The position numbers were made by a program, and so were the translations under genes. This document shows positions 45,946-62,576 of a stretch of 64,000 nucleotides of DNA, piece after piece; within the stretch, counting starts at the first letter, position 1, and each line of letters opens with the position of its first letter. The stretch comes from Flectonema sp. DT1601 (lineage: Eukaryota): assembly GCA_964019425.1 (NCBI GenBank), contig OZ025804.1, forward strand, positions 186,001 to 250,000, written 5' to 3'. The notes below the pieces were generated by a model, which was not told where the DNA came from, did not search any database, and was given only the letters and a program-made list of their open reading frames with translations.

Positions 45946-47096
45946 ATGCTCACGTCGGGATCATCGTACAGCAGTTCAGTTGGACGTCCAGCCAGTGGAC
46001 TCGTCGGAGGAGTTGGTATGGCTGCTGTGAGTGAGAGCACGAGAGACATGAAAGTCTGTGTTTTAGGAGCAAGTGGAGGGATTGGTCAGACTTTATCATT
46101 ATTTTTAAAAGTTCACTTACCAGCAGGAACAACTTTAAGCCTTTACGACATTGCTCACACTGCTGGTGTCGCTGCTGACATTTCTCACGTTGACACTCAA
46201 GTCAACGTTGAGTGGTATCAGGGCGGCAGATCAAAGGCCGAGCAGAACCAGGAGCTTGAAAAGGCTCTTAGCGCAGCTGACGTAGTTTGCATTGTCGCTG
46301 GTGTTCCAAGAAAGCCTGGTATGACAAGAGACGATTTGTTTAATGTAAACGCTGGTATTATCGCAGACTTGACTGAAGTTGTAGCAAAGGTTGCTCCAAA
46401 CTCCATTCTCTGCATTGGAACCAACCCAGTCAACAGTTGCGTCCCAATCGCTGCTGAAGTTCTAAAGGAATGGAAGTGTTATGACAAGAATAAGTTACTC
46501 GGAGTTACTCTTCTCGATAACATGCGTGCCTGCAAATTTGTAAACGAAGCGCTTCCTGAAGGTAAGATTGTTAAGGAAGTTCCTGTCGTTGGAGGTCACT
46601 CTGCTACAACTATTGTACCATTGTTTTCATTAACTGAAGGAGGTAAACATATTAATACATCTGACCTGAAGAAACTGTCTGAAAGAGTTCAGAATGCTGG
46701 TACTGAAGTTGTGACAGCTAAGGCTGGAAGGGGATCTGCAACTCTCTCTATGGGTGCTGCCACAGCATACTTTGTTGTTGCTCTTGTTGAAGCTCTTCGT
46801 GGTGATCGTAAACCATCTGTTTGTGCGATGGTTGACACTGATGGTGCGTCTAAGGCGCCATACATGGCCTGGCCTGTCCAATTGGGAACTGATGGAATTG
46901 AGTCACGTCTATCAATTGGAGCAATCAACAGTAGTGAAGAGGTATGTAGAAATCGAATTTTAAAAAAATGTCATTTTTTCCATGAAATCAACAAACACAA
47001 CAACAGGCTCTCCTAAACAAAGCCATTCCGATCCTTATTAAGGACGCAGAGAAGGGAAGAGATTTCTTTCACGCTCGTAAATCAGCAAAATTATAG
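45946..47096 (+). CDS. MDH: Malate dehydrogenase, glycosomal/peroxisomal type (intron 46942-47006)
   Basis: GASGGIGQ, AGVPRKPGMTRDDLF, TNPVN, GGHS and GSATLSM motifs. Removing GTATGT...CAACAG gives the C-terminus ALLNKAIPILIKDAEKGRDFFHARKSAKL* (PTS1). Confidence 0.95.
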
Positions 47097-48129
47097 TCAA
47101 CTGTCTCACTGTGAGATTAATACTTAGTGAGCTGTGGGCTATATGTGTATTTTAGTTTTTTCATTTTTTTTTTAAAAAAAAGGTTTTTTTTTCTCTTCAC
47201 TAGTTGGATAATTTACAAACAGTTTTTAAAGGTGGCGCTTATTACGTCACAGACATCATGAGAGCTACTTATTTGTTATAATTTACAGTGCGTGGTTACT
47301 GGTGCCAGCCTACAGGGCGGTTCGATTGTGTTGAGAGATGGAAAATTTAATTTTTATAGCCCACGTTCATATTCATTGGTTGAGTTCCACGATTCGCTTA
47401 TCACAAACCTAAAAAATAAATCAATCGTTTTTATTATTCTAATATAGCCGATTAGCTGAGCTTTTTATTTATATAGGAAGGTGTAACCTGACTTGTTCCC
47501 CCACCTTCCCCCCTTGATTTATTTATCCAAGTCCCCCCCCCTCTGTATCCTTAACAGATGTTAAATTATCGTTATGTTAATCCGATACAAAACAGTTGTA
47601 TTTTACAAATTCAAACTTCAACCCCTCCCCTCTTTTTTTTTTCTTCTTTCTTTTGCTTTTGTTTTCTTTAATTGAAATGTGCTTACGTTACTTAGAAAAA
47701 AAAAAAAAAAAAAAAAAGAAAATTGCGGCAAAAATGTATGAGTTTCTTTTTTTACATTATGTTGCGTGGTCTTTAGGTATTTTTTTTTCTTTCTTTCTTT
47801 TTTTTCCCATTCTAGTTTTTCATAATTGCCTACTGCATTGAAAATACCATTATTAATGCTGTCGGTAAAAGACTTCCTCTGCGTGCATTTGCAGAGCTTT
47901 CCAGTGCGTGTATTTCCCCTCTCCTATTTTTATTTCCCCCTCCCCTTTCTTCTTTTTGATTTTCCACCGCGTCTTTGCGGATGTTCACAAAAATACATGG
48001 AGCAAAGATGAAAAAAAAAAGAATTCTTTCTGTGTAGAAAAAAAACTCTTTTCTTAAAGTAGTAAGCTTTGTGATACATCTTGTGTTTGGACCCCCGTTT
48101 TTATTTTTTTTTGGAGAAACTATAAAACC

Positions 48130-48160
<31 letters not shown>

Positions 48161-48860
48161 GAGGAGGAGGGAGAGAGAAAGACTGCTTTTTAATAACGAC
48201 AATTTAATAGCAGGAAAATAAAATTTGTCCTCCATCAGGAAATTATTATTCTTGTGAGGCACACGATATGGAGAAATTATTATTATTATTTTTCCTTTTT
48301 TTTTTTTGCACTTATTTTTGTGCAATCAAAAAAAAAAAAAAAAAAAACAACAACAAAGCAGCAGGTTATTTATATTGACTGCTCCAGCCTACTTCTTTAT
48401 AAGGCTATAACTATATTTAATTTACGTATGCGGTGGCAGCAAGCACCGGACTACAGTATTTTTTTTTTCCCGGACAATTGAGTGAAAAGAGATAATTTGT
48501 TGTTAAGCAAGTATTAATGTTGGAATCCAAAGTTGGTTATTATTTTTTTTCAACGTTATTTGTTTGTTTTTGCTTTTGGTTAATTTTTTTTTTCTTGTTT
48601 TCTTTTCTACTCTGATTGAAAATGACGAAGATGAGAACGAATTGTATCACCATTGGACAGGAGGGAAAAAAAAAAAAAAAAAAAAAAACAAAAACAAAAA
48701 AAAAAATCTGATTCACATTTTTTTTTTTTTCATGTTTTTTCATGTCTCCTTCGATTTCAAGGAATTTGTACGAAATTCGTTGCATGATAGTTGACACATC
48801 TCTGTAGTATATTTTTTCCTCCCCATTTTTTTTTTCCCCTTCAAAGTTAAAAGCCACAAC

Positions 48861-50104
48861 ATGGGTATTCAAGGTCTCACAAAACTACTCAGAGATAAGG
48901 CTCCCGGATGTATAAAAGAAACTGAAATAAAAGTATACTTTGGAAGAACAATAGCAGTAGATGCGAGCACAAGTATATACCAGTTTGTCATCGCTATGAA
49001 GATGGCTAGCGAGTCAGGTGTGACTGAACTAGCAACAGACGGCGAAGTAACAAGTCATCTTCAAGGAATGTGGAGTAGAACACTTCGAATGATTCACGAA
49101 GGATTAAAACCAATATACGTCTTTGACGGTGCTGCTCCAGAAGCAAAACAAAAAGAACTTGAAAGCCGTAAAGCAAAAGCTGCTGAAGCAACATCAGACC
49201 TGAAAAAGGCAATTGAAGAAGGAGATGCCGCACAGATTGAAAAAATGAGCAAACGTACCGTCCGAGTCAGCAGAGAACAAACAGCTGACTGTCGTAAATT
49301 ATTAAAACTAATGGGAGTTCCCTCAGTTGATGCAAAGACTGAAGCAGAAGCTCAATGTGCTGAACTGGTCGCAAAAAAGAAAGCCTGGGCTGTCGGAACC
49401 GAAGATATGGATGCTCTCACTTTTGGAGCAAAAGTCCTCCTCCGTCACATGTCGTACTCCGAAGCAAAAAAAAAACCGATTCTGGAATTCCATCTTGACG
49501 CCGTACTCCAGGCTCTCGACTTCACAATGGAACAGTTTGTAGATATGTGTATCCTCTTAGGTTGTGATTACTGTCCTCGTATTCATGGTATTGGGCCTGT
49601 TAAAGCTTTTGAAGCAATTAAAAAACACAAAACAATTGAGACTTTCCTAAGTAACCTGGATATGTATGAGATTACTTTGGTTTATTTTTTTCTTCTTTTT
49701 TTTTTTTTTTTACTGCAGTTACAACTAACTAACATAAAAACAACAGGAAAAGACATCCTCTCCCAGAACCGTATCCTTATAAGGAAGCTCGTGAACTCTT
49801 TAAGGAACCTGGTTGCCATGATTCTACGGATGCCGATACTAATTACAAGGCACCTGATGTCGAGGGACTTTTAAAATTCATGGTCGATGAAAAGAAGTTT
49901 AACAAGGACAGAATCTTAGCAGGAATCGAAAAATTAAAGAAAGCGAGAGCTAAAAAACCTCAATCAAGATTAGATCAATTTTTCACTGTCAAACCGGCTT
50001 CTGTAGCCACCATCAATAAAAGAAAACTTGAGGAACAAGCTAAGGCAAAAAAACAAATTAAGCTACAGAAAGGCAAGGGTGGTAAGAAAGCGGTGAAGCG
50101 TTAA
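48861..50104 (+). CDS. FEN1: Flap endonuclease 1 (intron 49664-49746)
   Basis: MGIQGL, DAS..IYQF, YVFDG, EAEAQCA, TEDMDAL and LGCDY motifs. Splicing restores KRHPLPEPYPYKEARELF and the PIP box QSRLDQFF. Confidence 0.96.
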
Positions 50105-50477
50105 ATCTCACCTTTCTGTTCACCTGCAATTGGGTTGCTTTTGTAATGTTTTTATTGTTTTATAGACTTTTTTTTTTTTTTTTTTTAAAGCAATTCATAA
50201 ACACGTCGGAAATCTCATATCCTATTCTTCTAAATCGTTAACCACACGTGTTGATTGTCAAGTATGGTTTTAAAATAGTTTGTTGTTGTAATAATAATTT
50301 TTCTCCAGAACACCACGCAAGTCAACGTCTCTGTTTTGTGTGAGATAGGGAGTATTGATTTTTATATTACCAAACAGGGGGTGGGGCTTTGTTTTTCCCC
50401 CTCTTCCTCCTCCCACCTTTTTTTTTTTTTTTTTACTTGAAAAAAAAAAAAATAATAAGGGTGAGGAGAAAAGTAAA

Positions 50478-51239
50478 ATGGTTCAGGAAATCAGTCTCGT
50501 GGTATTGGGTGCTGGTCTGACTGGTAAGAGTGCTATCACTGTGCAATTTCTTCAGGGTAACTTTGTATCCACGTACGATACCACTGTTGAAGACTCCTAC
50601 AGAAAGATAGTTGAAGTAGATGACAAGGCTTGTCATTTATCTATTCTAGACACTGCTGGTCAAGACGAGTACAGGAATATGAGAGCCATGTATTACGCTA
50701 AGGGAGGAGGTTTTATGCTTGTCTACTCCGTATTAGATAGAGGTAGTTTTGTAGAGTTAGAAAAGTTTCACGGTGAACTAGTCAAGGAAAGACAAGATCT
50801 CAGCCCCGAAGCACTCGGGGACAACGAACACGCACCTATTGTGATATGCGGGAATAAGATAGACTTAGTGGGTGAAGAGGAGAGAGAGGTATTGAGAACT
50901 GAAGGTGAGGAGTTGGCTGCTCGTTGGAAATGCAAATTTTTTGAAACTTCCGCGAAAACAAAAGACAACGTTGAGGTTTCCTTCCATGAACTCATCCGAC
51001 AGGTCAAACGTGCACAGCAACGAAAGACCTATCAAAAAGCAAACGCCGCGCAACCACCAACACAGAGCGCTGATCACTCAACACCGCAAGGTATTGTTAT
51101 TATTTATTATTGATGTGAGGAAAGAGTTCTCTTTAAAATACTTTATTAACAACCAACAGGAGGTTCCAATCAACAAGCTGAACAACCCAAACAAGAATAC
51201 CAAAAGAAGAAGAAAAAGAAGAAGTGCACTATTTTATGA
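50478..51239 (+). CDS. Ras/Rap-family small GTPase (intron 51091-51159)
   Basis: GAGLTGKS, YDTTVEDSY, DTAGQDEY, GNKID and ETSAK motifs. The spliced C-terminus is ...QKKKKKKKCTIL* (polybasic tract plus CaaX). Confidence 0.93.
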
Positions 51240-52518
51240 TATACGGACACACTGATAGCATGATAATGTCCACCTCCTGTATTACAGCTGTATTGGATTT
51301 GTATAAGAAACCGTTTCTCTGGAAACAGATAAACGTGAACCAATGACAAATAACAGCGAATATCGACCGTACTGCAATCGAAGTAGCTCTACCAATCGAA
51401 CACGCTCTGGGTGATATGAAATAAATTAATACGTACGGCTGTGGCTTTAGCAAACCCACTCATCTAGTCCGTACTTGTGTAAAGACTAGAAAAGTAGAAA
51501 ACGAAAACAAAAAAATAAATAGAAGTGCCGTTTTTCTCTCTCTCTCTTGGCATCCCCCGTTCCGTTTTTTTTTTTTTTCTTTTCATAAAAAAAAACAGAA
51601 AAAAAAAAAAAAAAAAAAAAAAAGACGAAAAACTACGAAACGATAGTTGAGAAAATACAACGCCACCATTCACAGCATAGATTCACAACCAAGCAGGTGA
51701 TCAAAAGAGAAGTGATGTGCTGTGAGCTGAATCCCTCAACCTTTACTTATATAGAGAACGTTGGGCGCGAACTCATGCGTGTCTACCCCTGACTGATTAC
51801 AAATTTGGCTGTCTGTTTCACATCACTCGTTGAGTGTAAGGCATGTTCTTGGAGGTTGAAAAAAAATAAAAAGAAAAAAGAATAACAAATATAGATGCGA
51901 ACGAGTTTCTTGGTAAAATTACGAGATCCGGTCTCTTGGGCACACAAAAAAAACAAAAAACAAAAAATAGAATCCACTTCACCAAAAAAAAAAAAAGTAA
52001 ATAAAAAATAAAAATTCGTTTCCTTCACTTCCCCGCTCCTCGTTTAGATAATCTCATTTTTTGTGTTATTTGTTTTCAGTTCTTTTTTTTTTTTTTTTTT
52101 TTTTTGTTGTTGTTTTTGTTGGATGATAAGGAGGAAAATAAAAATTAAAAAGGAACCAGAATTTTTTTTTTTTTTTTTTGTTATGAAGCAATACTCGTTG
52201 AGTGACATAGAAGGGAGAGAGCTACCTACTTATTAGTCGGTGAGGTGGCAGAGAGTCAGTTTTTTTTGATTCCTACCGAACTTTAAAAACAAAAACAAAA
52301 CAAAAAAAACAAAAAAAAATTCCAGATACTTAAGAAGAAGGGGATTCTTTCCCCTTTTCTTTTGACTTTCATGACTTCATTTAATCCAATGTTCTAACAC
52401 ATGCTCAAGTAGACTGAAGCCTGCCTTTGTGTGATTATTGTCGTTGTGTGTTTTATTAATATAATTATAATTGACTTCATCAGTTACACACCCCCCCCCC
52501 CTCTGTGTGTGGGGTAGG

Positions 52519-53253
52519 ATGCATCTTCCACACCATCATTTACATCACAATGGAGATCTTTATTTCTTCACCGCAACGATTGATGGATTAATGATTACAA
52601 TGGCGATTAACGGTGCGACTTATTTAGTGTCAGATCAACTTGCTCAGAAATTTGAAAGAAGTTGGGGTAATAAAGTAGAACAAGACGCAGAAGTGCAAAG
52701 CATCGACTGGATTCGGACTTTGAGGTTTGGTGCTGTTGGAATGTTTTGGGGAGGAACGACAACGTTTGCTAGGTTTTCGTTTATATCGTTAGTGTATCCA
52801 GGATATGGTCTTAGTGTTGCTATTGGAAAAGTTTGCATAAATCAATTAATATTCTCACCAATCGCTCATGGAGGAATCCTTCTTATAAATGAATGGGGGA
52901 AGACTGGTTCTTTCATGTCTGGTTGGGACAAACTTCGATATAACCTACTTGAAGTTCAACTGGTAACTTGGGCTACGAAAATACCTCTAAATTTGATTTG
53001 CTTCTCGTTGATCGATTCGATACCACTACAAGCATTGTTTATGAGAACTTATGATATTGTGTTTTATATTTTTATATCTCATGTTGCTGATCGCGATGAC
53101 GCAAGTTCTGATCCAAACGGAAAACTTCTTAACGATGATAGCGACGACGAAGATGGTTCCATCGGACATGAAAGTCCAGCATTTGAAAAAGAAGGGTGGT
53201 CTTGCGTACCACCAATTAAGAAAAAAAGAACATGTGAATGCACCGTTATGTGA
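52519..53253 (+). CDS. Mpv17/PMP22 family membrane protein
   Basis: SDQLAQ, DWIRTLRF, KVCINQLIFSP and W...NLICF motifs; ATG at 52519. Confidence 0.85.
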   Translation: MHLPHHHLHHNGDLYFFTATIDGLMITMAINGATYLVSDQLAQKFERSWGNKVEQDAEVQSIDWIRTLRFGAVGMFWGGTTTFARFSFISLVYPGYGLSVAIGKVCINQLIFSPIAHGGILLINEWGKTGSFMSGWDKLRYNLLEVQLVTWATKIPLNLICFSLIDSIPLQALFMRTYDIVFYIFISHVADRDDASSDPNGKLLNDDSDDEDGSIGHESPAFEKEGWSCVPPIKKKRTCECTVM

Positions 53254-53652
53254 AGTGAAGTACCTTATTGAAGCAGTGACTGTTTGACAACATTACACGT
53301 ATTCCTGCAGTCAGAACATACACGTCTGCTGTAAGAGTCTACGCTGTGTGATTTTTAAACACCAGCTGCTAATATGATTCTGTTTGGTATTTAAATTTTT
53401 TTTTTTTTTTTGAACTTGAGATTCCAAAAAAAACCTTACACGATTCTATTATGGAACTTGTTGAAATCTGTTTTTTATTTTATTTTATTTTTTTGAATCA
53501 CCAAATTATGTTTCTTTTTGCAGGGCTGATACACATATGAGCAGTTGACAGCGAGCTCAACTAAACTTATTAGTTTTTTTTGCATCGTTTTTTTTTTTCT
53601 TCTTTTGAGGTAGTATTTCTTTTATTTTAGCAACACAAAAAGGAATAATTAA

Positions 53653-55062
53653 ATGCGTGAATTAGCACTCTTTGCGTCACTGATCTCCATAGGGACATCA
53701 TTTCCAATCATTGAGGGATGTAATGACTGTAGTAATATCGGAGGTCGTTTTCAACCATCGTTACCGAATCCAGCGACTAGTGCCGGAGATATTTATTATT
53801 TAGGATCATTTAACTCTGAGAAAGATTGCAGCAATGTTGTGAAAGAAGGAAGTCGACAGTACTACTCCTACACCTGGTTTTCTGCAAAGACTGCGAATAC
53901 TTCCTATGAAAACATGTGCTATGCAGTTGCTACTAACAAGTGGGATTGGTTTCCACATGGAGTTAACCAGGCATTCAGCGGAAGACTTTTTTACGGATGC
54001 GACAGTGAAGAAGATTGTGCTCTTAATGGAAAATGTAATAAACAAACAAAACAATGTTTGTGTAACTCTGGATGGACTGGACTAGCATGTACACGACTTG
54101 ATGAGCGACCAACTAAATCTCAAAATGGTTTTCAATTTTCATCAGAAGGAGTGAATCACAGCAGTTGGGGAGGTGCTATTCTAAAAAGTGATGAAACTTT
54201 TCACATGTACAGTAGTCTTATGACTCACAAGTGTGGACTCGATTCCTGGGCTACGAACTCAAAAATCATCCATGCGACCAGCGACAATATTCTCGGCCCT
54301 TACAAGTATGATGGCAGCTCTGAACTATTTCCAGTCTTCAGTCACGAACCTGATGTTAAAGTCATCAACAAAAACAATGGAGAGGTAGGAATATTCTTCA
54401 CAATGAGAAATCCAGATAAATTCCCTTTGTGTGACTGCACTAATGGAACTACACCAAAATCATGTAATTTATATCCTGCCCATCCCGACAAAGATCCCAC
54501 ATATGTCAGTACTGCCACCAATCACAGTGGTCCATGGTCAACACCTATCGCTATTATGAAGGATACATTCTCTGATAGTAATTTGACTCCTCTACTCAAT
54601 GAGGATGGTTCTCTTATCGGTCTTTGGAGGTCGTTTTACAATCATTCTTACAGTAGAATCCACTTAGTGACTGCATCGGATTACAAGGACCCTTCAACAT
54701 ATAAATATAACGTAAGTTGGTCAGGTGATTTGTTTAATTTGGGAGGTCCGACTGAAGATCCATTTCTGTTTAAAGACAGTGATGGGTATTACCACGCGAT
54801 ATTTCATAATATGTACGGATGCATGCCTTGTGGAGGTCATGCTTTTTCAAAAGATGGTTTCAGCTGGACTTACACTGGTGGAGATTCCTACGGATGGTCG
54901 TATCTTGTTGGCGACACTAAATATGATGTCGTTAGAAGAGAACGTCCTCATTTAGTTTTTAACGATCAACAAGTTCCTATTGCGTTGAGTACTGGTGTCA
55001 TTCCTGGAGGTGATACTCAGGATTACTCATTTACTCTTGTTGTTCCTTTAGGGTCCCAGTAA
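53653..55062 (+). CDS. Secreted GH43-like five-bladed beta-propeller glycoside hydrolase with an EGF-like module
   Basis: Signal peptide; EGF-like CALNGKC...CLCNSGWTGLAC; SSWGG, HEP, TEDPFLF and RRERPHLVF motifs. Confidence 0.7.
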   Translation: MRELALFASLISIGTSFPIIEGCNDCSNIGGRFQPSLPNPATSAGDIYYLGSFNSEKDCSNVVKEGSRQYYSYTWFSAKTANTSYENMCYAVATNKWDWFPHGVNQAFSGRLFYGCDSEEDCALNGKCNKQTKQCLCNSGWTGLACTRLDERPTKSQNGFQFSSEGVNHSSWGGAILKSDETFHMYSSLMTHKCGLDSWATNSKIIHATSDNILGPYKYDGSSELFPVFSHEPDVKVINKNNGEVGIFFTMRNPDKFPLCDCTNGTTPKSCNLYPAHPDKDPTYVSTATNHSGPWSTPIAIMKDTFSDSNLTPLLNEDGSLIGLWRSFYNHSYSRIHLVTASDYKDPSTYKYNVSWSGDLFNLGGPTEDPFLFKDSDGYYHAIFHNMYGCMPCGGHAFSKDGFSWTYTGGDSYGWSYLVGDTKYDVVRRERPHLVFNDQQVPIALSTGVIPGGDTQDYSFTLVVPLGSQ

Positions 55063-55374
55063 GCTGCGAATGTTTTCGTTAACGTGTATTTTTTTTTTTT
55101 TTTTTTTTTTTTTCTTGAAAAGTTTAAAAATCCCTCATTCCCCTAGTTGCGTGTTTTCGAACTCCGATACTTTTTTTTCTCTCTTTTGTTAATCGTGTGG
55201 TTTACGAAACCCAAGTTTTTCTTATTGAGGGAAAGTATCTTCAAAAATTGTGTATTGTACTATCTGGAGGGAAACAGACAGATGGGACTCGGTGTTCTCG
55301 TTTTCTGTGATATTTCCTCACGGCACTGATTCAAGTTATAATGTTATGCTCGTAGCTGAAACAGGGTTACTTGA

Positions 55375-56916
<1,542 letters not shown>

Positions 56917-57500
56917 ATAAATAAAATATAGTTTGGCATCCCCGTGACCAGACCTGTTATGTCGTCACCACAGGAGCCTAAATGCGTAAGTAGAGTTGTG
57001 TTAAAGACATATCTAGCAATCTGTTTTTTTTACATCATATCCTTTTTAATGTAATCCTGATGAGCAGTTTTTCTTGTTCACCAATTTATCTACTTTCTTT
57101 TGGTATTTCTTGTTCTTATTTTTCTCCCATGGAATAAAAGCATTTTGCAGTTTCGTTTTTTTTTTTTTTTTTTTTGTACCAACTATTCAGATTAAGAGCC
57201 GTTTTATTTATATATTCTTTTTTCCTCTTTTGTGCCAGGTTGGTATTGCCGTCGTTGTATTATCGTTATTATCTGAACGTGTTTTTTTTTATAAAAAAAA
57301 TCTTTTTTTTTTTTCTTTAATTTGCTGAAGTATCTATGAGAAGGAAGAGGAAACTGCAGTCAGCTTTTGTTATTCAAAAAAAACACACAAATAGCTAGAG
57401 TGATTATATTGAAATTGAAAAAAAAAAAAAAAGGATAGAATCTGAAAGTGTTTTTAACCTTCTAGTTTTTATGTATTCACTTTCTTCAGGTTTTCATTAA

Positions 57501-58163
57501 ATGAGTCAATCGCCCCTTCCTCGATCTCCTTTAAATGAAAATCCAACGAGAGGTTTTAAGTCTGGAAGGAGTAACGGGATGGCATCAGGTTGGGGACACC
57601 ATGATGAAGGAGCCGTGTTATCTGGTTGGATGGGATCAGGTTCCCCTCAAAGTACTCAACCAAGAGAAGACTCAATTCGTTACGACAGCATCCCAAGGCA
57701 TGGAAGTTTAGGTGGTGTTGGATATCTTTCGGGTAGAGAAAGAGAAAAAATTGAAAAAAAAGATCAAATAAATGACTGGGTAACATACAACAATGACTAC
57801 AACAGTCCAGTGAGGGATTCAAAACGTCCTTGTCCAACTTGTAGTACGAAGTTTGATATTTCTCATGGACCTCGACCTCCAAATTCTAATGAAATAAAAA
57901 CAATTAGAAATGAACTCGTCTCTGACTGGGTTACAACAGGAGACGGTAACATCCCTCGTGGAGGACGTAAACTTTACATCGAACACAGTCGATGGCCTGA
58001 CGGACATGACGGAGGAATTGTTGAAGTGCCAATCCCTCATGCGAGACACCTCGTCCACCCCGAACATACTTTAATGGAATTATGGCCTGCCTATAAAGAT
58101 ACTCACATTATAAGAGGCCCTCCAGCACCTGAAGAATGGGCTCGCCATGCCAAGTATTTCTAA
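57501..58163 (+). CDS. Hypothetical protein, 220 aa
   Basis: ATG-initiated ORF in the plus-strand block, preceded by a pyrimidine-rich AG. Confidence 0.7.
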   Translation: MSQSPLPRSPLNENPTRGFKSGRSNGMASGWGHHDEGAVLSGWMGSGSPQSTQPREDSIRYDSIPRHGSLGGVGYLSGREREKIEKKDQINDWVTYNNDYNSPVRDSKRPCPTCSTKFDISHGPRPPNSNEIKTIRNELVSDWVTTGDGNIPRGGRKLYIEHSRWPDGHDGGIVEVPIPHARHLVHPEHTLMELWPAYKDTHIIRGPPAPEEWARHAKYF

Positions 58164-58499
58164 TAACTCTTCGCGTTGTAATAATTGAGATGTCCTCCTT
58201 CTCGATTCTCAATTCGAATGCGGAAAAACCCTTTTAGTACTTAACTACACTTTTTGATTATTTCCTTTGTATTGTATTGTACGTTTCCTTCTTTCTATTT
58301 AATTCTGACATCTCGATACCAAAGCAAACCACTTTTTTATATTATTTCTTCTTAACAAAGGATATGGATTTTCGCATCTCTCAGTCGACGAAAGCATCTC
58401 ATTATGTCTGTGAGAGTCTCACGGTTGCTGGTATGTTACCATGTTGAGCTTTTCCTGATTCGTATATTAATTCATTATTAAGTAAGGGTCACACACAAG

Positions 58500-60302
<1,803 letters not shown>

Positions 60303-61013
60303 ATCGTTTATTAACATCTTTTATGATATGTACGTCCTATCTGTTATGTTTAGTTCCCATGTAGTGATTAGCAGTTCCCTGCCCACAAGTACCATAACTC
60401 ACTTAATGAGATCCAGTTGGGGGAGGCAAGCTGGGAATATTTACGTAGCCGTCATTCTCCTAGTCTGGCAATAACTTGTTGGAAATAAAAAATGGAAAAA
60501 AAAAAAAAAAAAAACTGCACTTGTAGTATAAAGCATATCTCCAGGTGATTTGATTATTGATATTAATTTTCGCAGAGCTATCCGAAATCTCAGTAGTCGG
60601 AGAGTGAAACAGAGAGAATTCTTTTTTTTTTTTTTTTTTTTTAAAGAAACGAACAGAATCGTAGTTCAACAAAATGAAAAAACAAAAATAAAAAAATAAA
60701 AAAATAAAAACACTTATTGGTATCCTTGCCTAACACTGAAAATAAAAAAATGAAAAAAGAAAGACGACAGAAAAAACTAAAAAAAAAAAAAAAAAGCAAA
60801 TCAGTCCAGTGTGCGTAGACACGCGAAGCGTTAGTGTTTATTGCTCGGTAATAACTGTTGTTGTAGTAATGTTGAGATTAATTAATATTGGTATTTTTTC
60901 ACTTAAATAGTTCGAAGTCATGTTTGATATTATTGAGGATCTTATCGCTGTCCACAACTCAATAATAATACTCACACTCAATTAGGTGTTTTACTCTTCT
61001 CACAAAAAAGAAT

Positions 61014-61671
61014 ATGTCAACCCTCCGCGGTGGTGATCGTAAGATCGACTGGGCTGAACTCAGTGGTAAGCTGCCATCGTCAAAGAGCGCAGCTGACAAA
61101 CAAAAGCGTCGTCAAATCTTCAACGGGATGGATATGAATGGGAATGGATATTTAAGTCTTGCTGAAGTAGACAAGGGTGTGAGAGATGTATTGAAATCTG
61201 ATGACTTGTTTGATTGTAAACCTGCCATGTTGCGAGCATTTAATGCTGTGAAGGACACAGCGCCTTCACACACTCCGCACTCGGACGATTACGTGACGAG
61301 ATCTGAATTCAGATTGCTTATGGTTTGTTTTGTTTTATTTTAATGTTATTGAGTGTACCAATGTCGGAGGGAGAATATCTGACTATCAAGAATCCCACAA
61401 TCCCATAATGAAACACAAACAGGTATCCCTCCGTCAAATGTTCGAACTGTGGCACATGTTTGAATTAATCGATACAGGTGATGACAGAAGAGTTGACGAA
61501 TCAGAGTTCACGAAAGCCGTTCCGATGATTCAGAAATGGGGAGTGAAGGTCGATGATCCGTCAGCGACATTCAAAGAAATCGATGCCAATGGAGGAGGGC
61601 AAGTGTTGTTTGCAGAGTTTGTTGACTGGGCAATGAAGAAGGGTCTCGACCTTGAAGATGATGACGACTAA
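61014..61671 (+). CDS. Flagellar calcium-binding protein (calflagin-like EF-hand), copy 1 (intron 61323-61422)
   Basis: EF-hands DMNGNGYLSLAE, DTGDDRRVDESE and DANGGGQVLFAEF; calflagin-like RAFNAVK, EFRL and FELWHMF. Confidence 0.9.
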
Positions 61672-62576
61672 AACGTCAAAACATATCTGTACTGCAAAGT
61701 GCAATTAACACCCTTCCCTCTCTGTGTAAAATAACCACACAGTTTTTTAACCACCAAGACTACAAGGCTGGGTGTTTCCCTTTGGTCTGATATTTTAACC
61801 ATGTTTGATTGTTATATTTTGGTGCTCAAAGAGTAAAACGCACTCTTCATTTGCATTTTATTTTTTTTGCACTAACGAGCTTTAAAAAAAAAAAAAACAA
61901 CAATAAAAATTGACCTTTTATCGTGTTCTCAGTTGCTGTGTTTATTACCGCCGGAGCGTTTTCGCCGTGGCTTAATATGTCGGTAAATGAAGTTTCAGTG
62001 AACTAAATTGTTTTTTTCTTTTTTCTCCCACTATTCTCCCTTTCATTCCCCCTCTGTTTTTTTTTTTTTTTTTTCCCTTAGTCGTTTATGAAGATGAAGT
62101 GCAGTATTATAAAAAAAAAAAAAAAAAAAAAAATGCGATCTACAGAAATTTTTCATTTTCTCTTTTCAAACAAATCTAGTGGTCGTCTTCAACACTTCCC
62201 GAGATGAACAATGAAAAGTGGGTGCGAACTCATTAATACTAAAAAAAAACAAAAAAAAAAAAATGTAACACCACACAACAATAAAAAGTATGGAGCAGAC
62301 ACAAAAGATTGCATTGCTTGTTCGCGTAACGTTCAACTCAGGGATTTTCTTTTGTTGTTATTGTTACTGCTTGCTTTGCTTATTTGTTTGTGTGCACTCT
62401 GCTTCTCTGCGGTTCATTATTTTCCTCTTTAGTAAATTAATATATTTGATAAAACAGCCCATACACCATGAAGGGGGGAAAAACATAAATGTGATCCTTT
62501 GTAGGGAATAATATTATTTGTGACTTGTTGTTAGCGTTCTGTTAGTTATTTCTCAGGTAAACAACACTTGTTAGAA

